Part shown: positions 33,546 through 43,727 of the stretch, piece after piece | Position numbering within the stretch: the stretch's first letter is position 1 | How the letters are laid out: each line of letters opens with the position of its first letter | Assembly (NCBI GenBank): GCA_038227875.1 | Contig: JBBRPR010000002.1 | Location: forward strand, 192,001 to 256,000 | Reading direction: 5' to 3' | Length of the DNA: 64,000 nt | Origin: Planctomycetota bacterium | GTDB taxonomy: Bacteria > Planctomycetota > SZUA-567 > H5-PLA8 | Program-made: the position numbers and the translations under genes | The notes under the pieces: generated by a model | The model's database searches: none | Seen by the model: the letters and a program-made list of their open reading frames with translations, nothing else | What the model was told of the DNA's origin: nothing

Positions 33546-33818
33546 TTACTTCACGGAAGTGCTAAAGGTCGGAGCAGGTTCAACCCAGTTATCCTTCGTG
33601 ACCTTGTTGCTGGCCAGAAGGAGAACGATCAGCGCGAAGAACGTGAATCCTTCGATCAGCGCCGCGAGCACGATGGCCGCGCCGCGGATGTTGCCAGCGG
33701 CTTCCGGCTGACGCGCGATTGATTCAACCGCGGAAGCCGAGAGCTTGCCGATGCCGTACGCCGCACCAGCGACCAGGATGGCGACGCCGATACCGATACC
33801 GAAAATTGCTAAACCCAT
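33546..33818 (-). CDS. atpE: ATP synthase Fo c subunit
   Basis: ARQPE loop, AALIEG ion-binding Glu; short C-terminal extension. Confidence 0.95.
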   Translation of the reverse strand: MGLAIFGIGIGVAILVAGAAYGIGKLSASAVESIARQPEAAGNIRGAAIVLAALIEGFTFFALIVLLLASNKVTKDNWVEPAPTFSTSVK

Positions 33819-34033
33819 TGAAAACTCTCCTCACCGTTCTCTGCCTTGGAAGGCAGTCGTTCCCCGTACACGCGGCCGATGGCGAATCGCCATTCTAAAA
33901 TACTCTGACTTACGCAGAGCTTTCTGGCCACTCCACCGGCACTGTTCCGTGGCTGCGACGGCTTGGACAACGCCGGCGACTTCTGCCTCGGGGCGCATCC
34001 CGACAGGGGACGCACCGGCCGGAAACTGAACTC

Positions 34034-34966
34034 TTAATGCTCCGGATGAACCGCCGCGCCGATGAACACCACCGCCAGCAGCGTGAACACGTACGCCTGG
34101 ATCAGACAGACCAGAATTTCGAGCACCGACACGCCCAGCGCCAGCGGCACGCCCAGGAACAGCAGCGCTCCACTGATCGCGCCCAAACCCAGCAACTGCG
34201 AGATGATCAAATGTCCTGCAATCATGTTGGCGAAGAGACGAATTGAGAGCACGAAGCACTTGATGATCGGTCCGAGGATTTCCAACACGAACATCAGGGG
34301 CCACATCCAGAACGGCGTGCCCGGCGGAACGAGATGGACGATGTAGTTGATCGGCCCCTGATTGATCATGCCCAGGATCCAGACCAGCGCGTAGATCGAA
34401 CCGCCCATGACCAGCGTGACGCCGAAGTTGCCGGTGACGCCGCCGAATTCCGGAATCATGCCCATGAAGTTGGCGATCAGCAGGAAGAAGAAGTAATTCA
34501 CGAAGAGAGGCGTGTAATGAGCCAGATGATGTCCGCCGACCGGCTCGACAATTTCATCGCGCACGAACAGGAACAAGGCTTCGACCACGTTCGCCAGCGG
34601 GCCGCTCGGCGCGCGGTTGGCGTGCAGTCCAGCGAGCACGCGTTTGGCGACGGTCATCGCCACCACCAGGAAGATGATCGCGACGACGGTCAAGCCCATC
34701 ATGTGCTTGGTGAATTCAAGTTTGATCGGACCAATCGCGGCGGGCTCGTACGTTGCGTACTCCGATTTCACGTGACCGTGTTCGTCGTACGGATAGGAGA
34801 TGACCTTGCCGTCCTTGCTGTAGCCGATCAGCACCTTGTCGAGGATGTGATGCATCGGATCGGCGGGCGCTTCGTGCTCCGCGTGTGCGCCTTCGTGAGC
34901 GCCATGCTCGCCATGTCCCGGACGTTCGCCCGGACCCGCTTCCGCTCTTTCTTCAGCTTGCGCCAT
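34034..34966 (-). CDS. atpB: ATP synthase Fo a subunit
   Basis: ANFMGMIP, LSIRLFANMIAGH, IQAYVFTLL; His-rich N-terminus. Confidence 0.96.
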   Translation of the reverse strand: MAQAEERAEAGPGERPGHGEHGAHEGAHAEHEAPADPMHHILDKVLIGYSKDGKVISYPYDEHGHVKSEYATYEPAAIGPIKLEFTKHMMGLTVVAIIFLVVAMTVAKRVLAGLHANRAPSGPLANVVEALFLFVRDEIVEPVGGHHLAHYTPLFVNYFFFLLIANFMGMIPEFGGVTGNFGVTLVMGGSIYALVWILGMINQGPINYIVHLVPPGTPFWMWPLMFVLEILGPIIKCFVLSIRLFANMIAGHLIISQLLGLGAISGALLFLGVPLALGVSVLEILVCLIQAYVFTLLAVVFIGAAVHPEH

Positions 34967-34988
34967 TACTCTCAGTTCCTGTTTTCTG

Positions 34989-35417
34989 TTACTGCTTTAA
35001 GCTCGACTTTGAAAACGTATCTTTCCCAAACAGAAATTTTGCCAGCCAGGCGGCTTCCGCGAACATTCCGACCAGGTAGACACCGGACATGGGAAGCAGC
35101 GCGGCCGCCGGAAATTTCGCAAAGACGGCCATCAGGGTCAGCGCCAGGACCAGCATCAGCGCCATGCGCAGCAACAACCCCGCGCCCCACCACTTCCAGA
35201 ATCCCCCTGTTGCCTCCGGAGCGGCTCCGATGGCGGCCAATTTCACCGCGAACGGCAACCCCACCAGCGCCAGCACCAACCCCGCTCCCACTCCTGAGAA
35301 GTACGGCGCGCGGATCTCTGCGCCGAACTTTCCGATCAAACCCAGCTCACAGATTCCCGCGGCGAGAGCGGCTGAAAGTCCGGCCGCCATCAAACTCACG
35401 AGAACCAACCCCTTCAC
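34989..35417 (-). CDS. Four-TM membrane protein, AtpI-like
   Basis: GTG start overlaps the upstream stop codon; four hydrophobic segments; lies just before atpB. Confidence 0.6.
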   Translation of the reverse strand: MKGLVLVSLMAAGLSAALAAGICELGLIGKFGAEIRAPYFSGVGAGLVLALVGLPFAVKLAAIGAAPEATGGFWKWWGAGLLLRMALMLVLALTLMAVFAKFPAAALLPMSGVYLVGMFAEAAWLAKFLFGKDTFSKSSLKQ

Positions 35418-35668
35418 ATTGCATCCTTTAGAAACTTGTACATGGCCGCAGCCACGCCGATCGATGCCGTTACTGCCAAACCCCACGGCGTCCAGCCAAA
35501 CTTCCGGTCCAACCACCAACCCAGCAGCACAAACGCTCCAACTGTGCCCGTCAACTGCGTCCCCATGCCCAGATAATGCCACAGGTCCTTATCGCTGCCG
35601 TACTTACCGCCTTGATCACCACTGCCCTTGGGAGGCGTCTGAGGCGGTTGCGGATCGGGTTGGACCAT
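35414..35668 (-). CDS. AtpZ/AtpI family protein
   Basis: LGMGTQL...LGWWLDRKFGWTPW motif; first gene of the atp operon. Confidence 0.85.
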   Translation of the reverse strand: MVQPDPQPPQTPPKGSGDQGGKYGSDKDLWHYLGMGTQLTGTVGAFVLLGWWLDRKFGWTPWGLAVTASIGVAAAMYKFLKDAM

Positions 35669-35974
35669 TCGTCCGCCTCCGGTTCCGTCTCCCTTCGCCC
35701 GATTTTTTGTATCGGAACGACACAATCACAACAGAATCCCAACCCTAATAGCAATGGGTTGCCCAATCATGCCGAAGTGTTGAAGATTCAGAGAGATTGC
35801 TTATGCGCAGCAGGTGCGGAGTCAAGTGAAAGTAAGTCGGGCTTCGTGCGATGAATTCTTCTCCTCGCTTTGAAAATTCGAGCTCACAGTGGGTTGCGTT
35901 CAACTTACTCGCGGCAACGCTGATTTGCAACGCGAAGACCTTTAAGAATCCATGTTTATGATCAAAGAATCACC

Positions 35975-36089
35975 GGTTCTAATCTCACGCAAAGCCGCAA
36001 AGTCGCTAAGAACGGCAACTAACAGATTCATGATAACAAATTTGTTGATGTACTTTGCGGCTTCGCGGCTTTGCGTGAGATCAAGAACC
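35975..36089. repeat. Inverted-repeat MITE/REP-like element with an AT-rich core
   Basis: Arms ATCTCACGCAAAGCCGCAAAGTCGCTAAG and CTTTGCGGCTTCGCGGCTTTGCGTGAGAT, built from 9-bp subunits. Confidence 0.75.
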
Positions 36090-36254
36090 CCATACGTGCG
36101 GCGATTAACCGACCAAAACAAATGGACTTCGCTGGAACTTCCATAAACTCGTATCATAGTGGGGCGAAATAATATGGGACTCTGACGCGACCAGTCCTGT
36201 GGTGTGTTCGTGTGTTCAGTTCAACCAAAATGGATCACAGTGAGGAGAGGTTGT

Positions 36255-38093
36255 ATGCGCATGCAGCACGCCTCTCCGCAGCCTCGTGCTTTCCGCTTTT
36301 GGATTGTCGGCGCGGTCGTGGCCTGCCTGACGTTTAGTGTCGCCGCCGATGTCGTCCATCTCCGCAACGGCAAGACCCTCCGCGGCGAAGTGATTAAAGA
36401 GGATGAGGAATTTGTCGTCGTCCGCGTGCCCTACGGCGAAGTGAAGTTACGCGCGTCGGATGTAGAATCGATCGACCGGCAGTCGGCCGTCGAGTACCAC
36501 ATGGATCTCGGCCGCCAGATGCTGCAGGAGAAGCAGTTCGACCGCGCCATCCGCGTTTTCGAAGAAGCGTACGCCGCCAACAAGACCTCTCCTGAAGCCA
36601 AGCGCGTACTGGCCAACGCGTATTCCACCGCATCCAAGCAATACCGGACGCTCAACCGCTACCGCGAAGCGCGCGAGGTCCTGGAGAAACTGCAGAAGCT
36701 CGATCCCAATTCCGAACTGGTCGCGCATTCGGCGGCCAGCGATCTCTGGGAGTTGCGCAAACTCGAGCAGAATCTCGCGCAGAAAATGGAAGAAGCCCGC
36801 GCCACGGCGCAGGCGAAAAACTGGACTCTGGCGATCGCGCAGTTCGAATTCATCATGAGTCTCTCGCCGGACGCGCGCGCCACGGTCAGCGCGGATCTGG
36901 CGCAGTGCTACGTCGGCCGGGCCTCGGACGAAGCACAGGCCAAGAAGATCGCCGATGCCACCCGCGACATCGAAAACGCGTTGAAGCTCGACCCCACGCT
37001 CGCCGACAAACTGGAAAAGTTCTACACGTCCTGCGCGCTGCCGGCGGTGCTGGTGGCGTTGGAGCACAATGACCTCGCCAATGCGCAGACGGATTTGAAA
37101 CGCGTGCTCGCGTTTGCGCCGACCAACCGCAACGTGCTGTATGTCGCCGGGCGGCTCAACGAAGCGCTCAGCCAGATTCCGCAAGCCGCGGAGTACTATG
37201 CGCGCGCGCTGGGCACGCGCGTCGGCAACCCCACGCCGGAGTTCGTCGCCGATCTGCGCCGCAAGCTCGAAGCCGATCTCGACATCCACCAGAACCTGTG
37301 GAAGGTCGACACCTCGATCTCCGAAATCGCCGGCTACGCTGCGGCCACCGACGGTCCCGCTGAGAAACTCGAGACCGAAAACTTTATCATCATGCACTAC
37401 AACAAGAACCTCGCCGATCACGTCGCCGAGACGGCCGAATACCACCGCACGCGCATCCTTTCCGAGCTGGGATTCAGCACCTCGTGGAAGGGTAAGGTGA
37501 AGATTTTCATCCATCGTTCGCAGGTGGAGTACACCACGCGAACCGGCCAGCCGGAATGGACGGGCGGCTGTTCGAAGTACAGCAGCCTTGGCGGACAGAT
37601 CACGGAACTGCAGATCCATTCGTGGCAGACGTCGCCGCGATTGCTGAAGTCGGTCCTACCGCACGAGATTACGCACTGCATCGTTTACAGCAATCTGCCT
37701 GATCCCGGAAACTTGCCGCGCAGCCTGCACGAAGGCTTCGCGGTGCTGATGGAGCCGCCGTTCCGCCAGGATTACTTCAACGACTTCCTCCGCTCGCGGA
37801 TGAAGAGCCAGGATTTCATTCCGCTGACGGATCTGATCTCCGCGCGCGACTACCCGAAGGACCCGGAATTTTTCTACGCCGAAGGCTTCGCGATCATCGA
37901 GTACCTGACGAAAACCAAGGGCCTTCCCGCGACGACGTCGCTGATCAAGGACGCGACGACGCCGGGCTATGCCGCGGTGGAAATCCTGAAGCTCTCCGGC
38001 GCCAAGTCGCTGGATGATCTCGAAACGGATTGGCGCGCGTGGATCATGAAGCTCCCGGAAACGCGGGGGTTGGTGGACAAGCCGGCGAAATAG
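36255..38093 (+). CDS. Secreted TPR-repeat protein with C-terminal peptidase MA-like zinc metalloprotease domain
   Basis: Signal peptide; DVVHLRNGKTLRG N-terminal domain; TPR-like helices; HEITH...HEGFA. Confidence 0.75.
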   Translation: MRMQHASPQPRAFRFWIVGAVVACLTFSVAADVVHLRNGKTLRGEVIKEDEEFVVVRVPYGEVKLRASDVESIDRQSAVEYHMDLGRQMLQEKQFDRAIRVFEEAYAANKTSPEAKRVLANAYSTASKQYRTLNRYREAREVLEKLQKLDPNSELVAHSAASDLWELRKLEQNLAQKMEEARATAQAKNWTLAIAQFEFIMSLSPDARATVSADLAQCYVGRASDEAQAKKIADATRDIENALKLDPTLADKLEKFYTSCALPAVLVALEHNDLANAQTDLKRVLAFAPTNRNVLYVAGRLNEALSQIPQAAEYYARALGTRVGNPTPEFVADLRRKLEADLDIHQNLWKVDTSISEIAGYAAATDGPAEKLETENFIIMHYNKNLADHVAETAEYHRTRILSELGFSTSWKGKVKIFIHRSQVEYTTRTGQPEWTGGCSKYSSLGGQITELQIHSWQTSPRLLKSVLPHEITHCIVYSNLPDPGNLPRSLHEGFAVLMEPPFRQDYFNDFLRSRMKSQDFIPLTDLISARDYPKDPEFFYAEGFAIIEYLTKTKGLPATTSLIKDATTPGYAAVEILKLSGAKSLDDLETDWRAWIMKLPETRGLVDKPAK

Positions 38094-38227
38094 GCAAGGA
38101 AGTCTTCGCTATGGACGCGACTCACGAAACGTTGGACGTCCTTTACTACGGGCACCATCCTCTGCTCGGGTAAAACGAACAATCCCTTTCCATCGACAGA
38201 GCCGGCTGAACATTCTACGATGCGTAT

Positions 38228-39478
38228 ATGCCTGATCACCTGATCGTCCTGCTCGCGTTTCTGATTTTCTTCGCCATCCATGTGCTGCTGGAGCGCGTGT
38301 TGTCGCTTCTGAATTCGCGTTACATCTACGCGCGGCGCGCGACCGTGCCGGAGGCGGCGCGGGAGATCATGACTCCGGAGACGTACGCCAAAAGCATCGA
38401 GTACGCGCTGACGCGCGCGCGGTTTGGGCATGTCGCGGCGTTCATCGGAGCGGGGGAGACGCTGTTTTTTCTCTTCAGCGGCTTCATTCCGATGCTCCAC
38501 GACTTCATCCGCTCATTTGGATTTGAGCCGCTGACGGCCGGCGTGCTGCTGATCGGCGGGTACGGGCTGACGGCGATGTTCCTGAATCTGCCGCTGCAAC
38601 TGTATTCGACATTCCGGATCGAAGCGCGCTTTGGCTTCAACACGACGACGCCGAAAACGTTCTGGCTCGACCGGATCAAAGGACTGGCGATTGGGCTGGT
38701 GCTTGGCGTGCCGCTGCTCTACGCACTGATCGCGTTCATTCTCTTCAGTGGGCCGCTCTGGTGGCTGTGGGCGGGGCTGGCGGTGATTGCGTTCCAGGTC
38801 GTGATGATGATTCTCGCGCCGATCATCATCATGCCGCTCTTTAATAAATTCACGCCGCTGCAGGACGGTGAATTGAAAACACGCCTGGAACAGCTTGCTC
38901 AGCACTGCGCCTTCGCGGCAAGTGGCATTTTCGTGATGGACGGATCGAAGCGGTCGGCGCATTCCAACGCGTTCTTCACCGGGTTGGGAAAAGGCCGACG
39001 GATCGTGCTCTTCGATACGCTGATCGCGCAGATGAACACCGAGGAACTCGCGGCGGTGCTCGCGCACGAGATCGGGCATTACAAGAAGAAACACATTTTG
39101 AAGACCGTCGCGATCTCGTCGGTGTTGACGTTCGTCGGGTTTTTCATCTTAAGTCTGCTGCTCGACTGGAAGCCGCTCTACGCTGCGTTCAATGTTGGCG
39201 CGCCGGCGAAGTCGGTCGGGCTGCTGGTGTTTCTGCTGATTTCCGGAGACTTCACGTTCTGGGTCGATCCGTTTTTCAGTGCGCTTTCGCGCAAGCACGA
39301 ATACGAGGCCGACGCCTACGCCGCCGCGCAAACCAGTGCCGCGCCGATGGGTTCGGCGCTGCTGAAGCTGACTGAGAAGAACCTCGGCACACTCAACCCG
39401 CACCCGGTCTACAGCGCGTACCATTATTCGCACCCGACGGTGCTGGAACGGATCGCGGCATTAAAAAGCACATCATAA
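38228..39478 (+). CDS. M48 family metallopeptidase (Ste24/CAAX-like)
   Basis: PLFNKFTPL, DGSKRSAHSNAFFTG, AHEIGH, EYEAD, YSHP. Confidence 0.93.
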   Translation: MPDHLIVLLAFLIFFAIHVLLERVLSLLNSRYIYARRATVPEAAREIMTPETYAKSIEYALTRARFGHVAAFIGAGETLFFLFSGFIPMLHDFIRSFGFEPLTAGVLLIGGYGLTAMFLNLPLQLYSTFRIEARFGFNTTTPKTFWLDRIKGLAIGLVLGVPLLYALIAFILFSGPLWWLWAGLAVIAFQVVMMILAPIIIMPLFNKFTPLQDGELKTRLEQLAQHCAFAASGIFVMDGSKRSAHSNAFFTGLGKGRRIVLFDTLIAQMNTEELAAVLAHEIGHYKKKHILKTVAISSVLTFVGFFILSLLLDWKPLYAAFNVGAPAKSVGLLVFLLISGDFTFWVDPFFSALSRKHEYEADAYAAAQTSAAPMGSALLKLTEKNLGTLNPHPVYSAYHYSHPTVLERIAALKSTS

Positions 39479-39597
39479 GCACGTGTGCTTCCGTAGAAGG
39501 AGGGCAATCTCCTGAAATTCGCGCCCGACTATTGCCTCGCGGCGGTCCGGCGAGTATGACTAAGCGATCAGACAATCATGCGTGAGAGGCGACGCCT

Positions 39598-39873
39598 ATG
39601 GCCAATGCCCGACCCACTCCCGACGACTTGTGTACCTTGATCGAGAAGGAAAAGACCGAACTGTGGCCGGAGTACACGCTCTACGCGTACGTCACCGCAC
39701 GTCTGGACGAAGAGAATGAAACCGTCGTGATGGTGAAAGGCTATTCATCGCGCGACTTCGCCAAGCAGGCCGCGGCCAAGGACAAACTCTATTATTTTCC
39801 CCTCTTCAAAGAACCCAAGACCGGCGCGAAGTGGCCGGGCGTGGATGAAGTGTGGGATTACATCACGTACTGA
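39598..39873 (+). CDS. Hypothetical protein
   Basis: 91-aa ORF with GAGG RBS and host-like codon usage. Confidence 0.65.
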   Translation: MANARPTPDDLCTLIEKEKTELWPEYTLYAYVTARLDEENETVVMVKGYSSRDFAKQAAAKDKLYYFPLFKEPKTGAKWPGVDEVWDYITY

Positions 39874-39917
39874 ACGACGAATCCAAAATTCAAAAACGCA
39901 CGCGGAAGAAAATCGAT

Positions 39918-39980
39918 GACCCTCGGGTAAATTTACCCGAGGGTCTCAGACGCAACCCTGTCGTAAATTTACAACAGGGT
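39918..39980. repeat. Tandem pair of related palindromes
   Basis: Perfect 28-bp GACCCTCGGGTAAATTTACCCGAGGGTC and 26-bp ACCCTGTCGTAAATTTACAACAGGGT (one mismatch). Confidence 0.85.
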
Positions 39981-39982
39981 CC

Positions 39983-40013
39983 TTGACTAATCATGCGATC
40001 ATCGTATGATTAG
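39983..40013 (+). promoter_or_regulatory. Sigma70 promoter with overlapping palindromic operator (probable GntR/FadR autoregulation)
   Basis: TTGACT-16 bp-TATGAT; CTAATCATGCGAT-C-ATCGTATGATTAG inverted repeat. Confidence 0.65.
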
Positions 40014-40017
40014 GTTC

Positions 40018-40704
40018 ATGGAAGCGATAATTACACCCTCGTTGGTCGATTCGGCTGTTCTCCAGCTTCGTAACTTGATTGAAACAGAGAACTTAGTGTC
40101 TGGAACGCGATTGCCGACGGAGCCGGTGCTCATGGCGCGCTTGGGTGTCAGTCGGACGGTTTTACGGGAAGCGATGAGCCGGTTGGAGCTGCTGGGCCTC
40201 GTCAAAATCAGGGCGGGGAAGGGCACTCATGTGGGCGATCCGGACTCGCTCGCGGCCGGATCGCGGTTGATCCGGACGGCGATCACATTGTCGTGCCGCG
40301 ATCTGTTGCAGTTCAACGAGCTGCGCACCGGGATTGAAAGCGAGTCGGCGCGGCTGGCGGCGCAACGCGCCACGGCCGACGAGATTGCAGCGTTGAAAAT
40401 CCGGTATGCGGAATTCGCGGCCACCGAAACGCGCGAGCCGTACGTGAAGCTCGATTGCGCGTTTCATCTGTCGATTGCAGCGATGGCGAAGAGCGAGCTG
40501 ATCACCAACGTGCTGCAGATCGTCCAGGATTTCATGGCCACGAGCATGGATCGGACCATGGCGCCTGACCCGGACTACGAGATCGGACGCACGCTGCACC
40601 GCGACATCGTTGACGCCATTGCGGCTCATGATGTGCCGGGCGCGGACGCGGCCATGCGCCGGCACATGGATGTGAACCGGCGCTTACTGGAACGAGCGGT
40701 GTGA
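40018..40704 (+). CDS. GntR/FadR family regulator
   Basis: RLPTEPVLMARLGVSRTVLREA wHTH; FCD motifs DCAFHLSIA, HRDIVDAI, MRRHM. Confidence 0.92.
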   Translation: MEAIITPSLVDSAVLQLRNLIETENLVSGTRLPTEPVLMARLGVSRTVLREAMSRLELLGLVKIRAGKGTHVGDPDSLAAGSRLIRTAITLSCRDLLQFNELRTGIESESARLAAQRATADEIAALKIRYAEFAATETREPYVKLDCAFHLSIAAMAKSELITNVLQIVQDFMATSMDRTMAPDPDYEIGRTLHRDIVDAIAAHDVPGADAAMRRHMDVNRRLLERAV

Positions 40705-40725
40705 TGAGAGTCGGAGGAGACCGGC

Positions 40726-41553
40726 ATGTTGACGGAAGCTCAGCTCAGTTGCTTTAAAACGTTTGGCTATGTCGTCATGAAACAGGTTTTTTCACCCGCT
40801 GAACTGCGAACGCTCAATAGCGAATTCGACCGAACGCTGACTGAGCAATATGCGCATCAGCCGTTCGACGGCACCAAGCGGCACTGGTCGATGTTGATGG
40901 ACGAGGCCACGCCGTTTTTCGCTGGTCTGATCGAAGACCCGCGTTTTCTGAAACCCGCGCAGCAGATGTATGGCGATTCGGTGCTGGGCATCATGGTAGA
41001 TGGCAATCGTTACGTTGGAAATACGCCCTGGCATCCCGATTCGAACTCGGCGTTGCAGTACGGCGTGAAGTTCGCGATCTATCTGCAACCGGTGGGCGCG
41101 GAGACCGGCGCACTGCGGGTGATTCCCGGCAGCCATCGTCTGCCGCTGGAACAGAACGCGGAGTTTGCCGCGGGCGTCCAGAAGCTGCCGATCACGGAGG
41201 TTCCGGCCACAGTGCTTGCATCCACGCCGGGCGATGTGGTCGCGTTCGACCTGCGGCTCTGGCATGGCTCGTGGGGCGGGCAGACCGACCGCCGCATGTG
41301 TACGATCGTCTACTACAACGATCCGCAAACACCCGAAGAGATCGCCTATCTACGTCAGCAGGCGGTGGACAATATCAACAACGCGGTGGCGTCCTTCGAC
41401 GCGAAACGAAAATACTTTTTTTCGCAGCACTGGCTGGCCAACGCGCAGCGCAACCCCGACCGCCAGCGTTGGATCGACCGGTTGCGAGAGCTGCATTATT
41501 TCGACGCGCCAGGGATCGTCGAGCCAGCGGAGAACGTCGTCGCGGCGCGCTGA
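40726..41553 (+). CDS. Phytanoyl-CoA dioxygenase (PhyH) family Fe(II)/2OG oxygenase
   Basis: FKTFGYVV, WHPD, GALRVIPGSH, PGDVVAFDLRLWHGS. Confidence 0.88.
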   Translation: MLTEAQLSCFKTFGYVVMKQVFSPAELRTLNSEFDRTLTEQYAHQPFDGTKRHWSMLMDEATPFFAGLIEDPRFLKPAQQMYGDSVLGIMVDGNRYVGNTPWHPDSNSALQYGVKFAIYLQPVGAETGALRVIPGSHRLPLEQNAEFAAGVQKLPITEVPATVLASTPGDVVAFDLRLWHGSWGGQTDRRMCTIVYYNDPQTPEEIAYLRQQAVDNINNAVASFDAKRKYFFSQHWLANAQRNPDRQRWIDRLRELHYFDAPGIVEPAENVVAAR

Positions 41554-41558
41554 GTCTT

Positions 41559-41984
41559 TTACGTCAGCTCGTTCTGAAAAAACTCGATGATCTCGCCGGC
41601 CGGGCCTTTGCAGAAGGCGATGCGCACGGGCGTGACGTGCGGCTTGCTTTGAATGTCGATGCTCTTGGGTTCCATCGTTACGATCGCTCCGGCGGCGCGG
41701 GCGCGGTTGAGGGCGGCGTCGCAGTCGGTTGTGCGCAGCGCGAAATGCAGAATGGCACCTTCCGAAGGCGGCGGGGACTCGGCTTTGCCGCCCGCGAAGA
41801 TCTCCATGTAATCGCCGTTGCCGGCATCGAGCATGATCGCGCGGCTATTGCCTTCGCCCCACGTGATCTTGGGCGTGAAGCCAAGCGCGTCGGTGTAGAA
41901 TTTCACCGCGGCATCAAAATCGGCGACCCGAATCGCCACATGATGAAACCCGCCGCCGCCGATCACCGCATTCTTGCCAGCCAT
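41559..41984 (-). CDS. VOC/glyoxalase family protein
   Basis: FHHVAIRVADFDAAVKFYTDALGF, HFAL, GPAGEIIEFF. Confidence 0.9.
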   Translation of the reverse strand: MAGKNAVIGGGGFHHVAIRVADFDAAVKFYTDALGFTPKITWGEGNSRAIMLDAGNGDYMEIFAGGKAESPPPSEGAILHFALRTTDCDAALNRARAAGAIVTMEPKSIDIQSKPHVTPVRIAFCKGPAGEIIEFFQNELT

Positions 41985-42045
41985 GTTAAGCGCCTCCCCG
42001 TCAGTAGCGCGTGTGCGCCGTTTCAATTTTGAATTTTGAATTCGA

Positions 42046-43578
42046 CTACGGCGTTTCCGCCACTTTTTCCGGCGGCGGCAGACGCCGCGCTTTTTCCAGC
42101 AGGCGTTCGGCCATGCGCGGGCGCTTGCCGGCTTCGGCCATCGAAACGGCGGCCTGCGTCACGCCCAGGCGGCGCGCGAGTTCGGCCTGCTGCAATCCCA
42201 GTTCACGGCGGACGTGGCGGAGCAGTTCAGCGGCGCCGGGCGGATTGCCGCCCGATTCCATGCCGGGAAGCTGCGGCGGTGGCCGCAGCGCCTTGGGCGT
42301 CTGGCGCGCGAGTTCGTTGAGCTCCGATTGCACGAACTCCGCGGCGTGGCTGGCGCTGCCGAGAATTTCGCGCAGAAATTCCGGCGGCGCGACCTGCCAC
42401 ATTTCTTCGAGCGGCTCCGGCGGCGCGCTGGGCGCTCCGGCCTTCAATTCCAGGTGCGCGCGCTGCACGCGGCGGTTGGCGCCTTTGCCCTGCGCGGGAA
42501 GCTCGCCGGATTCCTTCGCTCCAGTCAGGGGCGCGGCGCGGTAGCGGTAACGCTCGGTTTCGAAGCTGCTGATGTAACCCTGTTCGACCATGTGGCGCAG
42601 CGAATTTTCGATGCGCTCCAGATGTTCGTAGCTCGTGTATTCGTCTTCCGTCAATCCCGCCATGCGCAGGAACGACCGCGCGCTGAGCTGCAGTGGCTTG
42701 CCGCCGTTGAGGCGGAATTTGATCGGCAGATGGACGCCCAGCGTCAGCGTCAGGCCGTGGGTGCGCGCGTTTTCGCGGGAGAGTTTTTTGAGCTGCAGCG
42801 TGTACAGGTATTTCGTGCGCCGCGATCCGGCGGCGGCGGCGTTGAACAGATGCGGGTTGAAGCGGAGAAAGATTTTCTCGTTGGTGGTGATCCGCTCCTT
42901 CAGGCGCTGGCCGTCGGCGACGGATTCTTCCCACGATTCGGCGGAGGCTTCGTCCTGGAGCAGCTTCACTTTCAGCGTTGCACCGCGGCGCGCACCGAAG
43001 CGGCGTTCCTGGACGATGGTCAGCGAGCAGAGCAGCGTCACGATCTCGCGCGCTTCCTTCAAGTGCTTGGCGGTGTGATAACCTTTGCCGAGCACGCGGT
43101 TGGCGCGCGAGTAGCCGAGGATGTCGAGATGCCGGTTGGCATCAAAAATGAAGCCGCCGGGCTGGCCGCCGGCGACGCTGGCCTGTTCTTCGGCGGCAAT
43201 CAGCACGCCGAGCAGATGCTTCAATCCCGCGGGGCCGAACTGCCGCTTGATCAGCATGCTGAGCTCGCCTTCGTTCCAGAGCGGGTCGTCGTCGAACAGG
43301 CTGACGCTCGTCCGCGCTTCGCTCTGCCGTCCGGAATAGACGATGTACGTGCGGATGCGTGCGGAGCGGACGTTGCCGTCGGCGTCGGGGCGGTCCTGCT
43401 GATCGGAGAGCACCGCGGCGAGATCGGCGCGGCGCGCGAGGCCGGAGAAGACGGGCATCAGGCCGAGGAATAGTGTGGTTGAAGGCAGTCGAAACGTTCC
43501 CGATTCCCCGGCGCCAGCCGCAGGAGTAGTCTCAGCCCGGTCGGACGGGCCAGCCAGAAAGGTTTCGCCCTCATTCAT
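42046..43578 (-). CDS. Uncharacterised protein with C-terminal XRE-type HTH
   Basis: LRHVRRELGLQQAELARRLGVTQAAVSMAEAG; the ~440-aa N-terminal region is unassigned. Confidence 0.7.
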   Translation of the reverse strand: MNEGETFLAGPSDRAETTPAAGAGESGTFRLPSTTLFLGLMPVFSGLARRADLAAVLSDQQDRPDADGNVRSARIRTYIVYSGRQSEARTSVSLFDDDPLWNEGELSMLIKRQFGPAGLKHLLGVLIAAEEQASVAGGQPGGFIFDANRHLDILGYSRANRVLGKGYHTAKHLKEAREIVTLLCSLTIVQERRFGARRGATLKVKLLQDEASAESWEESVADGQRLKERITTNEKIFLRFNPHLFNAAAAGSRRTKYLYTLQLKKLSRENARTHGLTLTLGVHLPIKFRLNGGKPLQLSARSFLRMAGLTEDEYTSYEHLERIENSLRHMVEQGYISSFETERYRYRAAPLTGAKESGELPAQGKGANRRVQRAHLELKAGAPSAPPEPLEEMWQVAPPEFLREILGSASHAAEFVQSELNELARQTPKALRPPPQLPGMESGGNPPGAAELLRHVRRELGLQQAELARRLGVTQAAVSMAEAGKRPRMAERLLEKARRLPPPEKVAETP

Positions 43579-43727
43579 GAATTTCGTATGTTAGTGCGAA
43601 TTTGCAGGAAAGGAAAGGGGGGGAATGACGAATGTCGACTAGCGAGTCAGGAAGCGCGAATGTTGAAACGAATGAACGTCGAATGTCGAGCGATGAAACT
43701 CGACATTCGACATTCATCATTCGACAT

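Noticed and set aside
33546..33818. Sodium-specific c-ring
   Set aside because: The Glu is followed by GF rather than S/T, and the upstream Gln ligand is not evident; consistent with proton coupling
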